64,000 nucleotides of DNA, from assembly GCA_965221125.1 (NCBI GenBank), contig CBDCRW010000005.1:160001-224000 (forward strand). The letters are read 5' to 3'. A model generated the notes under the pieces. The model saw only the letters and a list, made by a program, of their open reading frames with translations. It searched no databases and was not told where the DNA came from. A program made the position numbers and the translations under genes. Below, piece by piece: positions 1-8,820 of the stretch; position 1 is the first letter of the stretch, and every line of letters begins with the position of its first letter. The stretch comes from Alphaproteobacteria bacterium (GTDB lineage Bacteria > Pseudomonadota > Alphaproteobacteria > UBA828).

Positions 1-273
1 GACGGCTGCCTGCGCCTCGCCGACGGCCGGCTCGCCGGCTCGCTGCTGGACATGGCGCAAGCGGTGCGAAACAGCGTCGTGCACGCAGGGATCCCGCTGG
101 TGGACGCGCTCGCCATGGCCGCTGCGTACCCTGCGGACTTTCTGGGCGTGGGCGAGGAGCGCGGGCGGCTCGCGCCGGGTTTGGGAGCCGATCTGGTCTG
201 GCTCGACGACGACCTCCGCGTCCGCGCCACCTGGATCGGCGGGGCACGCACCAATCGGGCTGAGGAGCGGTAG
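1..273 (+). CDS. nagA: N-acetylglucosamine-6-phosphate deacetylase, C-terminal part (gene starts before window)
   Basis: Frame reads ...LAGSLLDMAQAVRN...PADFLG...GRLAPGLGADLV...ATWIGG, typical of the NagA C-terminus; adjacent to a ROK kinase. Confidence 0.85.
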   Translation, partial: DGCLRLADGRLAGSLLDMAQAVRNSVVHAGIPLVDALAMAAAYPADFLGVGEERGRLAPGLGADLVWLDDDLRVRATWIGGARTNRAEER

Positions 274-279
274 CACGCC

Positions 280-1197
280 ATGCACATCGGTATCGACATC
301 GGCGGCACCAAGCTCGCCGCCATCGCCCTCGACGCGGACGGGCAGGAGCGCGCGCGCCTGCGCCAGCCGACGCCCACGAGCTTCGACGCCGTGATCGACG
401 CCGTCGCCGACGTCGTGGAGCGGCTCGAAGCCGAAGGCGGTCGCGCGCCGGGCGTCGGCATCAGCCTCCCCGGCATCATCACCCGGGCGCAGGAGATCAG
501 CATGATCGTCAACCTGCCCTGGCTCGAAGGGACGCCGCTCCGCCGGGCCATGGAGGCGCGGCTCGACCGCCCGGTGACGCTCGCCAACGACGCCAACTGC
601 TTCGCCCTTTCCGAGGCGACCGACGGCGCGGGCGCAGGAGCGGAGGTGGTGTTCGGCGTCATCCTCGGCACCGGCGTGGGCGGCGCGCTGGTCGTGCGCG
701 GCGAGATCGTGGTGGGCGCCAACGCCACCGCCGGCGAATGGGGCCACAACCCGTGGCCCACGCCGGGCGCGGGCGGCGTGCCCTGCACCTGCGGGCGCTT
801 CGCCCAGGGCTGCGTCGAGACCTGGCTCAACGGCGCGGCGCTCGCGCGCGACTACGCCGCCCTCGGCGGGGGCGAGGCGACGGCAGAGAAAATCGCCGCA
901 CGGGCGGATGCGGGGGACGCGCAGGCCGCAGACGCCATCGCCCGCTATGCCGAACGGCTGGCGCAGGCGCTCGCCGGCGTGATCAACGTGCTCGACCCCG
1001 ACGCGATCGTGCTGGGCGGCGGCCTCTCGGAGATCGCAGCCCTTTACCGCCTCGTTCCCGCGGCCTGGGGTGCGCACGCGAGCGTCGCCCGGCCCGCCAC
1101 CCGGCTCGTCCGCGCCCGCTTCGGCCCGGAGAGCGGCCTGCGCGGCGCCGCGCGGCTCAGAGTAGGTGCAGGCCAGAGCACAACTCGACCGGATTGA
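280..1197 (+). CDS. ROK-family sugar kinase (Mak/NagK-like)
   Basis: GIDIGGTK, NDANCFALSE, GVILGTGVGG, GEWGH and Zn motif CxCG...GCVE. Confidence 0.9.
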   Translation: MHIGIDIGGTKLAAIALDADGQERARLRQPTPTSFDAVIDAVADVVERLEAEGGRAPGVGISLPGIITRAQEISMIVNLPWLEGTPLRRAMEARLDRPVTLANDANCFALSEATDGAGAGAEVVFGVILGTGVGGALVVRGEIVVGANATAGEWGHNPWPTPGAGGVPCTCGRFAQGCVETWLNGAALARDYAALGGGEATAEKIAARADAGDAQAADAIARYAERLAQALAGVINVLDPDAIVLGGGLSEIAALYRLVPAAWGAHASVARPATRLVRARFGPESGLRGAARLRVGAGQSTTRPD

Positions 1198-1383
1198 ATC
1201 GTATCCGGTTGCCGCACGGTCACGCCCTCACATATCGCACGGTCAAAAATGAATCCCCCACCTCACCCCGGCCCTCTCCTCCCCGCCGGGGAGGAGAGGG
1301 AGAACAGGCGGCGCCGGCTTGCGTTCCCCCTCCGCCCATTGGGCGGAGGGGGACAGGGGGAGGTGGGAATGTTCTGGCCGCAG
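1174..1383 (+). repeat. Composite REP/MITE-like element family A, copy 1
   Basis: CAGAGCAC...CCCCCACCTCACCCCGGCCCTCTCCTCCCC-loop-GGGGAGGAGAGGG...CCCCCTCCGCCCATTGGGCGGAGGGGGACAGGGGGAGGTGGG; homologous to 13664-13870 (inverted) and 55775-55903. Confidence 0.85.
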
Positions 1384-1388
1384 GGATA

Positions 1389-2369
1389 TCAGTGCAGTTG
1401 AGGGGCCTTCATGAACTCGTCGCGGGTGGCGGTGAGCACGCGCACCTCGTGGTGCTCGCCGTTGCGCATGACGGTGAGCGGCACCGCGACGCCCGCCTCG
1501 CCCACGGCCCAGACGCTGCGGAACAGCTCGACGAGGCTGCCCACCGGCTGGCGGTTCACCGCGAGCACCTGGTCGCCAACCTGCAGCTCCGCCTGCTCCG
1601 CCGGCCCCTCAGGCGCCAGGCCGGCGACCACCAGCGCCTCGTCCACCTCGGTCACGTAGGCGCCGAGCCATGGCCTCGGCGGGCGCTGGCTGCGGCCCAG
1701 CGTCTGCATCTCGTCGAGGATCGGCGGCAGCAGGTCGATGGGCACGATCATGTTGCCGTCGAGCGTGTCCGACCCGCCGCCGCCGGCATGGCGCACCAGC
1801 AGCGAGCCGATGCCGGCGAGCCGGCCGTGGCGGTCGATCAGCGCGCTGCCGCCCCAGTTGGGATGCGGCGGCGATGTGAAGATGGCCTCGTCGAGCACGT
1901 ATTCCCAGTAGCCGGCGAACTCGCGCTTCGCGGTGACGCGGGAGTTGAGCGAGTGCCGCCGCCCGCCCTCGCCGGCGACGATCACGAAGTCGCCCACCTC
2001 CAGCGCGGACGAGGAGCCGAGCTCCAGCGCGGGCACGCCGAAGCGGCCGAGCGCCTGCACGAGACCGAACCCGGATTCGAAGTCGTAGCCCAGCGCGTGG
2101 CCCGCGAGCACGCTGCCGTCGCTCGCCGTCAGCCAGACCGAGTCCGCCTCGGCGATCAGGTAGCCGATGGTGACGACGAGGCCGCTCGCGCTGATGAGCA
2201 CGCCGTTCCCGGTCCGCTCCGTCCCCAGGATGCCGGCGGTGAACGCGTCCTCCGGGATGGTCGCGCGCAGGCCCACGACGGCGCCGAGCGCGGCGTCGAG
2301 GTCGAAGGACACCTGCTCCGGCTTCGGCTGCGCCGACAGCGGGATCTCCCAATCGAACTCGTCGCTCAT
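1389..2369 (-). CDS. Trypsin-like S1C serine protease with C-terminal PDZ domain
   Basis: ERTGNGVLI, TIGYLI, PHPNWGGSALID, RPWLG and PDZ motif GPAEQAELQVGD; ATG at 2369. Confidence 0.8.
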   Translation of the reverse strand: MSDEFDWEIPLSAQPKPEQVSFDLDAALGAVVGLRATIPEDAFTAGILGTERTGNGVLISASGLVVTIGYLIAEADSVWLTASDGSVLAGHALGYDFESGFGLVQALGRFGVPALELGSSSALEVGDFVIVAGEGGRRHSLNSRVTAKREFAGYWEYVLDEAIFTSPPHPNWGGSALIDRHGRLAGIGSLLVRHAGGGGSDTLDGNMIVPIDLLPPILDEMQTLGRSQRPPRPWLGAYVTEVDEALVVAGLAPEGPAEQAELQVGDQVLAVNRQPVGSLVELFRSVWAVGEAGVAVPLTVMRNGEHHEVRVLTATRDEFMKAPQLH

Positions 2370-2439
2370 GACGCGGCCCCCGGACTGGTCCGCAAAACTA
2401 TCCCGCCCCTGCCGCAGCGTGGCAAGGGCTCCGACCGTC

Positions 2440-2549
2440 TTGTCGCTCACGGCAGCTGGCCTTCGGCCAGCGCCTCCGCGAGGGCGCCGCATTCGCGGCG
2501 GGCCGCGGTCGCGGCCTGTCGCGCGTCCGTCGGAGACGGACGCGCTCCA
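2440..2549. repeat. Multi-hairpin dispersed element family B, copy 1
   Basis: TGTCGCTCACGGCAGCTGGCC...CGCCTCCGCGAGGGCGCCGC...GGACGCGCTCCA; similar to 11708-11857 and 38834-39012. Confidence 0.85.
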
Positions 2550-2569
2550 AGCCCCTCGGCAGCAAGCGC

Positions 2570-4099
2570 TCATTGGGGCGCGTCGTCGCCGAAGAGCATG
2601 TCGAAGGGAAGGCCGTTCACGGTGACGGCACCGTCGCGGCGGAGGTCGATCTCGTAGGCATGGAACGGCTCGTCCTCGCCCGCTTCGAAGACCGGCTTGC
2701 CGAGGCCCTGAAGGACGAGCAGCAGCGCCACCAGGTCCTTCTCGCCCTCCACCGCAGCCAGCGCCATGAGCGTGCTCAGCCCCCGCACCCGCGCTTCCAC
2801 GCGCCCGACGATGCCGAAGACGCTGGCCGGCTCGACCCGGAGCCGGCCGTCGGCGCGAAGCTCGCTGGCCGGCGTGGCGATACGGACGGCGCGGATCTCG
2901 ATGGCGGAATCCGCCGCGTCCAGGTGCGCGAGGAAGACGTCCGCGATCGACCCGCGCTGGGGCATGTCCGCGCCGCCCGGTGAGGACAGCGCCTCGGCGA
3001 TGCGGCGGAGCGGCAGCCGTGTGAGCGCGATATCGACGGTCGCCGCATGGGGCATGAGCGCGGGCGGGATGCCGCTGCCCACCCCGTCGCCGGGCCGGAA
3101 CCCGGCGGCCGAGATGCGCGTGGAGATGTCCGTGAATTCGCTTCGGCCGTTGGCGCCGACGTGCCATTCGAGGCTGCCGAGCGAGAACGCGCCGCTCTCG
3201 CCGAGGCCCGTATCGCCGCCGCTGACCGTCACGTCGTGTAAGGCGACGGTCATGTCGGAGCGCCCCCAGCGGCCGCTGACGAGAGGCGTGAGCGCGTCGC
3301 CCAGCGCCGTCGGCCCGCCCATGGCGCCGGCGAACGAGAGGGCGTCGCCCCGCATCTGCATCACCAGGTCGCGGTCGAAATCCTCGCCCTCGCTCGTGGC
3401 GTCGAGGTGGCCCAGGGCGAAGCCCTCGCCCCGGAGGCCGGCGAGGCTGAGGGTGGTGCGGCCGTCCCACAGCCCGTCGGCGCCCTCGCTCAGCTCGTCC
3501 GCGAGGGAGAGCGATGCCAGCGACAGCGTTTCCGTCGCCTGCGCCCCCTCGCCCGTCACGAGCCGCAGGTTCTCGGCCTCCGCTTCCACCCTGGTCGCAA
3601 TCTCCAGGTCGGAGCGCCACGTGCCGGCGACCGTGCCCCTGCCGATGGTGAGCCGTTCTCCCTGCCTGTCGACCGTGGCGGGCAGCGCGGTCTCGAAGTC
3701 GTAGGCCGTCTCGCTCCGGGGCGTCACGGCAATAGCGAGATCGCCCAGCACCCACTGGCCGAGCGATGCGGATTGCTCGACGAGGCGCGCGCCCGGCAGA
3801 TGGACGGTGACGGTGCCGTCCCGCTCCGCCGCCCACATCGGCGCATCGAGGGCGAGCCGCATGCTGTCGGAGCCGAAGCCCAGGCGCTTCTCCAGCCAGT
3901 CGGCGATGGAAAGCACGATCCGCCCGGCCGTGCTACCGGGATCGACCGGCGCCACGGGGATAGCGCGCGCGGCCGGCTCCGGCGGCGCGGCCGCACCCTC
4001 CTCCAGCGCAGCCAGGGCAGCCGCCGGGATCGCCGCCCCGGCGAGCGTGAGCGCGGAGACGAGGACGGCCGCCGCCAGGATCCGTCTCGCCGTCTCCAT
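2570..4099 (-). CDS. Exported hypothetical protein, possibly DUF2125/YdgA-like beta-rich protein
   Basis: Signal-peptide-like N-terminus (METARRILAAAVLVSALTLAG), beta-strand-rich body, C-terminal YEIDLRRDGAVTVNG. Confidence 0.6.
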   Translation of the reverse strand: METARRILAAAVLVSALTLAGAAIPAAALAALEEGAAAPPEPAARAIPVAPVDPGSTAGRIVLSIADWLEKRLGFGSDSMRLALDAPMWAAERDGTVTVHLPGARLVEQSASLGQWVLGDLAIAVTPRSETAYDFETALPATVDRQGERLTIGRGTVAGTWRSDLEIATRVEAEAENLRLVTGEGAQATETLSLASLSLADELSEGADGLWDGRTTLSLAGLRGEGFALGHLDATSEGEDFDRDLVMQMRGDALSFAGAMGGPTALGDALTPLVSGRWGRSDMTVALHDVTVSGGDTGLGESGAFSLGSLEWHVGANGRSEFTDISTRISAAGFRPGDGVGSGIPPALMPHAATVDIALTRLPLRRIAEALSSPGGADMPQRGSIADVFLAHLDAADSAIEIRAVRIATPASELRADGRLRVEPASVFGIVGRVEARVRGLSTLMALAAVEGEKDLVALLLVLQGLGKPVFEAGEDEPFHAYEIDLRRDGAVTVNGLPFDMLFGDDAPQ

Positions 4100-4116
4100 T
4101 GCCCGAGCCACCCCGA

Positions 4117-4947
4117 TCAGTCGGCCCGCGGGATGTCTTCCGTCGGCGTCGTGATGGACGCATAGAGGTCCGGGCGGCGGTCGCGGAACATGGGCCACGC
4201 GCGCCGCGCCGCGAAGACGCGCGCACGCTCGAGGGTCGCCGTGATGGTCTCGTCGCCGTCGTCGCCCGCCTCGGCCAGCACTTCGGAATCGGGCGCCACG
4301 ATCATGCTGCGCCCACCGAAGGTCCACTCGCCTTCCAGCCCCACCTTGTTGCAGGGGGCGAAGTAGACGCCGTTCTCGAAGGCGCGGGTCTGCATGGTCT
4401 CGCGCCAGCAGGCGATGGGCGGGCAGGCGAAGGGAACCACGATCAGCTCCGCCCCGTTGACCGCGGCGCAGCGTGCGGATTCGGGAAAGAACGTGTCGTA
4501 GCAGATGTTTATGCCAACCCGCCATTCGCCGATGCGGAACACGGGAAAGTGCGAGCCGTAGCGGAAGTAGATTTTCTCAAGGCTGCGAACCGCCGCCGGA
4601 TGCGCCTTGCGGTAGCGGCCGAGTATCGCGCCCGCCGGGTCGATCACGATGGCGCTGTCGTAGCAGATGCCGGCGGATTCGGCCTCGAAGATGGTGGCGA
4701 CGATGTGGATGCCGTGCTCGCGCGCCTTGGCCCGCATGGCGGTGATGGCGATGCCGTCCTCGCTCTCCGCCTCGTCGATGTGCCGGTAGTCGCGGTACTG
4801 AAAGACGTAGGGGTGGTTGAAGAACTCCGGCACGACCACGAGATCGGGTTTTTGGGCCGCCACCGTCCGGTCGATATGGCCGGCGGCGCGGGCCACGTTC
4901 TCCGCGTGGTCGGGCGTGCTGTTCATCTGGATCAGGCAGAGTTTCAT
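4117..4947 (-). CDS. Carbon-nitrogen hydrolase (nitrilase superfamily)
   Basis: Glu-Lys-Cys triad motifs VVPEF, YRKAH, ICYD; C-terminal FRDRRPDLY. Confidence 0.9.
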   Translation of the reverse strand: MKLCLIQMNSTPDHAENVARAAGHIDRTVAAQKPDLVVVPEFFNHPYVFQYRDYRHIDEAESEDGIAITAMRAKAREHGIHIVATIFEAESAGICYDSAIVIDPAGAILGRYRKAHPAAVRSLEKIYFRYGSHFPVFRIGEWRVGINICYDTFFPESARCAAVNGAELIVVPFACPPIACWRETMQTRAFENGVYFAPCNKVGLEGEWTFGGRSMIVAPDSEVLAEAGDDGDETITATLERARVFAARRAWPMFRDRRPDLYASITTPTEDIPRAD

Positions 4948-5045
4948 CGCCCCCTACTCCCGTGCTATCCCGCCCCGAGGTGCGGTTCAGCCTAGCCCGG
5001 AATTCCCACCACGGCCATGAGCCGCCAAGGAAAGGGATCGACCCC

Positions 5046-6083
5046 ATGAGCGAGGGCGTACTGACCACCGCCGTCGTCGGCAGCTATCCGCAGCCGGATT
5101 GGCTCGTCGACCGCGACAACCTGACGAACCGCCTGCCGCCCCGCGTGCGCGCGCAGGAGATGTGGCGAATTCCGCCCGAGCACCTGCAGGAGGCGCAGGA
5201 GGCGGCGACGCTCGTCGCGATCCGGGACCAGGAACAGGCCGGCATCGACGTCATCAGCGACGGCGAGATCAGGCGCGAGAGCTATTCCAACCGCCTCGCC
5301 ACCGCGCTCGGCGGCATCGACAGGGAGCGGAGCGGCACCCACATGGACCGCACCGGGAACCCCGCGCCGGTCCCGCTGGTCTCAGGGCCGATCAGGCGCG
5401 AGCGCCCGGTCGAGGTCGACGACGTGAGGTTCCTGCGGGCCAACACCGAGCGCAGGATCAAGATCACCCTGCCCGGCCCCTTCACCATGACCCAGCAGGC
5501 GGAGAACGCGCACTACCCGGACGACGAGAGCCTCGCCATGGCCTACGCGGAGGCGGTGAACGAGGAGATCAGGGACCTCTTCGCCGCCGGCGCCGACATC
5601 GTGCAGCTCGACGAGCCCTACGTGCAGGCCCGGCCCGAGGCCGCGCGCGCCTACGCGGTGAAGGCGATCAACCGGGCGCTGGAGGGCGTGGACGGCAAGA
5701 CCGCGCTGCACCTCTGCTTCGGCTATGCGGCGGTGATCAAGACGGAGAAGCCCAGCGGCTATTCCTTCCTGCCGGAGCTGGAGGCGGCGGCGGTCGACCA
5801 GATCTCCATCGAGGCGGCGCAGCCGGGCCTCGACCCGGCGATCCTCGCCCACCTGCCGTCCAAGGAGATCCTCTACGGCGTGATCGACCTGAACGACCCG
5901 CAAGTCGAGCGGCCGGAGACCGTGGCGGCCCGGCTGCGCGCGGCGCTCGCCGTGGTGCCGGCGGACCGCCTCGTCGCCGCGCCCGACTGCGGCATGAAGT
6001 ACCTGACGCGGGACACCGCGTTAGGCAAGCTCAAGGCCATGGTGGAAGGCGCCGCCATCGCCCGCCGCGAGGTCGCGGGGTAG
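5046..6083 (+). CDS. Cobalamin-independent methionine synthase II family protein (single-barrel MetE-like)
   Basis: TAVVGSYPQP, SDGEIRR, Zn ligands HLC / E / PDCG; lacks the N-terminal MetE barrel. Confidence 0.85.
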   Translation: MSEGVLTTAVVGSYPQPDWLVDRDNLTNRLPPRVRAQEMWRIPPEHLQEAQEAATLVAIRDQEQAGIDVISDGEIRRESYSNRLATALGGIDRERSGTHMDRTGNPAPVPLVSGPIRRERPVEVDDVRFLRANTERRIKITLPGPFTMTQQAENAHYPDDESLAMAYAEAVNEEIRDLFAAGADIVQLDEPYVQARPEAARAYAVKAINRALEGVDGKTALHLCFGYAAVIKTEKPSGYSFLPELEAAAVDQISIEAAQPGLDPAILAHLPSKEILYGVIDLNDPQVERPETVAARLRAALAVVPADRLVAAPDCGMKYLTRDTALGKLKAMVEGAAIARREVAG

Positions 6084-6176
6084 CGGCCGGTTTTCGACGG
6101 ACTGAAGAGCGGGAACGTGGGGCCCGATAACGGGAACTTCTCGATCAGGACACCAAGCCCGTAATTCTCACCCCGC

Positions 6177-6965
6177 TCACGCCTCGTGCCGCGCGGCGAT
6201 CAGAAACTCGGCGTTGCCGTCGCGGCCCTTGATGGGACTCTCGACGAGCCCCGTCACCGGCCAGCCCTCGGCCGTGAGCCAATCGCGGACCGCCCTGCAC
6301 ACCTCGTCGTGGACAGCCGGATCGCGGACGATGCCGCCCTTGCCCACGCGGCCGCGCCCGGCCTCGAACTGCGGCTTGATGAGGGCGACGAGCCGGGCGC
6401 CCGGTGCGGCGAGCGCGAGCGGCGCCGGCAGGATCGTCCGCAGCCCGATGAAGCTCGCGTCGCAGACGACGAGATCGACCGGCTCCGGCACCTGCTCCCG
6501 CGAGAGATGGCGCGCGTTGGTGCGCTCCAGAACGGTCACGCGAGGGTCGTTCCTGAGCCGGGCGTCGAGCTGGCCGTAGCCGACGTCGACGGCGTAGACC
6601 CGCCGCGCGCCGCGTTCGCACAGCACATGGGTGAAGCCGCCGGTGGAGGCGCCGATGTCGAGCGCCACCTGGCCCTGCGGATCGATGCGGAAGTGCGTCA
6701 GTGCATGGTCGAGCTTCACGCCGCCGCGGGAGACCCAGGGGTGCGCCGCGCCCCGCACGGTGAGCGGGAGAGCGGGGTCGACCTGCATGCCGGGCTTCTC
6801 GAGGCGGCGCTCGCCCGAGAACACCAGCCCGGCCAGCAGCAGCGCCTGCGCCCTTGCCCTGCTCTCGGCGAGTCCGCGCGCCACGAGCAGGGCATCGAGC
6901 CGCTCCTTGCCCCGGCGGCGCCCGGTCGGTGCGGGCGTTGCGTCGCACCCGGTTCGGCGGCTCAG
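6177..6965 (-). CDS. tlyA: TlyA-family rRNA 2'-O-methyltransferase (start codon uncertain)
   Basis: S4-like ERLDALLVARGL, VSRGGVKL, LDIGASTGGFT, DASFIGL, LIKPQFE, SPIKGRDGNAEF. Confidence 0.9.
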   Translation of the reverse strand: MSRRTGCDATPAPTGRRRGKERLDALLVARGLAESRARAQALLLAGLVFSGERRLEKPGMQVDPALPLTVRGAAHPWVSRGGVKLDHALTHFRIDPQGQVALDIGASTGGFTHVLCERGARRVYAVDVGYGQLDARLRNDPRVTVLERTNARHLSREQVPEPVDLVVCDASFIGLRTILPAPLALAAPGARLVALIKPQFEAGRGRVGKGGIVRDPAVHDEVCRAVRDWLTAEGWPVTGLVESPIKGRDGNAEFLIAARHEA

Positions 6966-7855
6966 TGGCGCCGCTCCACGATGTAGCGGGCGACGGCGCG
7001 AAGGGGCTCCGCCTTCTCGTCGAAGGGGCCGAGCGCCGCGACGGCGTCGTCCACCAGCGCCCCCGCCCGCCGCCGCGCTTCGTCCGCGCCCAGCAGGCCG
7101 ACGAAGGTCGCCTTGCCGGCTTCCGCGTCCTTGCCCACGGCCTTGCCGAGATCGGCCTCCGAGCCCTCGTGATCGAGCAGGTCGTCGGCGATCTGGAAGG
7201 CGAGCCCGATGCAGGCGGCGTAGTCGCGGAGCGCCGCGCGCCCGCCGCCGTCCTCCCGCGCGAGGATGGCCCCTGCCTCGCACGAGAAGCCGAAGAGGGC
7301 GCCGGTCTTGAGCCGCTGCAGTTGGATCACCTCATCGAGGTCAAGCTCCCGGCTCTCCGCCGCGAGGTCGATCGCCTGGCCGCCCGCCATGCCGTCCGCG
7401 CCGGCGGCCTGCGCGAGCGCGCAGGCGAGCTCGGCCCGCACCGCAGGGTCCGGGTGTCCCTCCGGCGTCGTCACTGCCTCGAAGGCCAGGGTGAGGAGGG
7501 AATCGCCCACCAGAATCGCGGTCGCCTCGTCGAAGGCGATATGGCAGGTCGGCTTGCCGCGGCGCAGCTCGTCGTCGTCCATCGCCGGCAGGTCGTCGTG
7601 AACCAGCGAGTAGGTGTGCACCATCTCGATGGCGGCGGCGGTGTTGACCGACCACGCGCGCGGCACGCCGAAGAGGTCGGCGCCCGAGAGCACGAGGAAG
7701 GGCCGGAGCCGCTTGCCGCCCGCGAAGAGGGAGTAGCGCATGGCTTCGAGGAGCTGCCCGTCGGCGCCGTCGGGCTCGGGCGCAGGGACCAGCGATTCGA
7801 GCGCTGCGTCCACCGCCGCTGCGGAGTCGCGAAGCGCATCCTCCAGCGGCGTCAC
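6962..7855 (-). CDS. ispA: Farnesyl/geranyl diphosphate synthase
   Basis: GGKRLRP, HTYSLVHDDLPAMDDDELRRGKPT, FQIADDLLD. Confidence 0.95.
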   Translation of the reverse strand: MTPLEDALRDSAAAVDAALESLVPAPEPDGADGQLLEAMRYSLFAGGKRLRPFLVLSGADLFGVPRAWSVNTAAAIEMVHTYSLVHDDLPAMDDDELRRGKPTCHIAFDEATAILVGDSLLTLAFEAVTTPEGHPDPAVRAELACALAQAAGADGMAGGQAIDLAAESRELDLDEVIQLQRLKTGALFGFSCEAGAILAREDGGGRAALRDYAACIGLAFQIADDLLDHEGSEADLGKAVGKDAEAGKATFVGLLGADEARRRAGALVDDAVAALGPFDEKAEPLRAVARYIVERRH

Positions 7856-7864
7856 CGGCGCCCC

Positions 7865-8107
7865 TCAGCCGGTCTCGAACGGCTCCGTCCGGGCCGCGCC
7901 GTCGCCGTCGATCTTCTCGACCCGAAGCTCGGCCTGGCGCAGCTTGTCCTCGCAGAACTTCTTGAGCTTGACGCCGCGCTCGTAGGCCGCGATGGCCGCT
8001 TCGAGGCCGGTGTCCCCGGCCTCCAGCTCGTGCACGATCCCCTCAAGCTCGCGCATGGCGCTCTCGAAGGTCTGCGCCTCGCCGTCCTTGTCGCTGCCCT
8101 GTCCCAT
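7865..8107 (-). CDS. xseB: Exodeoxyribonuclease VII small subunit
   Basis: TFESAMRELEGIVHELE...LEAAIAAYERG; directly upstream of ispA. Confidence 0.92.
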   Translation of the reverse strand: MGQGSDKDGEAQTFESAMRELEGIVHELEAGDTGLEAAIAAYERGVKLKKFCEDKLRQAELRVEKIDGDGAARTEPFETG

Positions 8108-8159
8108 GCCCGGAGTCTAGAGAGTGCCCGGATAAGCGGCAAGCTGCAGGCCGGACGGT

Positions 8160-8789
8160 CTAACCCGCGATGCTGGGGCGGGCGGAGACCTCGGCGTGCC
8201 AGCGCCGCGCGTTGGCGTGATCCTCCGGCAGGCCGACCTTGGCGCCCCTGGTCGCGAAGTCGACGATGCAGAGCGCGGTGATGTCGGCGACGCTGAAGCG
8301 GGAGCCCGCGATGAAGCGGTTGTCCGCAAGCTGGCGCTCGATGCGGCCGTAGAAGCGGGCGAGCCGCTTCCTGCCGCGCTCGACCAGGGCCGGGATCTGC
8401 TCGATCGGCTCCTCGAAGCCCGGCAGGCCGCGGCCTGCAAACGCGGGCGTGGAATTGCGGAAGACTTCCGCCACGCCGGCGAAGCCTTCGGTCTCGGCGC
8501 GGCGCTCCCACATGTCCACCAGCGCGCGGTCCTTCCTGTTCACGCCGAAGAGCGGCGGTGCCGGGTAGGCGTCCTCAAGGAAGCGGCAGATCGCCATCGC
8601 CTCGCCGATCTGCGTGCCGTCGTCGAGCTCCAGCATGGGCACGATGCGCCCGTCGTAGCGGGCGAGGAAGGCGTCGGTGAGGTGCGCGCCCTCGCCGACC
8701 TCCGCCACCGGAATCTCGATGCCCTTCTCGGCGAGGTAGATCAGCACCCGGCGCGGATTGGGCGCGGCGCCCCAGCTGTAGAGCTTCAT
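8160..8789 (-). CDS. Glutathione S-transferase family protein
   Basis: APNPRRVLIYLAEKG, VPMLELDDG, EAMAICRFL, FSVADIT. Confidence 0.9.
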   Translation of the reverse strand: MKLYSWGAAPNPRRVLIYLAEKGIEIPVAEVGEGAHLTDAFLARYDGRIVPMLELDDGTQIGEAMAICRFLEDAYPAPPLFGVNRKDRALVDMWERRAETEGFAGVAEVFRNSTPAFAGRGLPGFEEPIEQIPALVERGRKRLARFYGRIERQLADNRFIAGSRFSVADITALCIVDFATRGAKVGLPEDHANARRWHAEVSARPSIAG

Positions 8790-8820
8790 CGCAATTCCCT
8801 TTCGGTCCGGCCGTTGGCCC

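Noticed and set aside
2440-2549. Family B element as a tRNA or known riboswitch
   Set aside because: No T-loop/D-loop consensus or acceptor stem with CCA; one copy lies between convergent genes, which does not fit a riboswitch
738-2657. 639-aa plus-strand ORF, and many similar long overlapping ORFs (e.g. 18947-21346, 38993-41302, 46027-48300, 59614-61734)
   Set aside because: Arg/Ala/Pro-rich shadow or antisense frames of recognisable genes; expected when stop codons are rare at high GC
1389-3836. Apparent 815-aa protease, and other long N-terminal extensions in the ORF track
   Set aside because: The extensions overlap upstream genes or repeats and have low-complexity composition; internal starts fit family lengths
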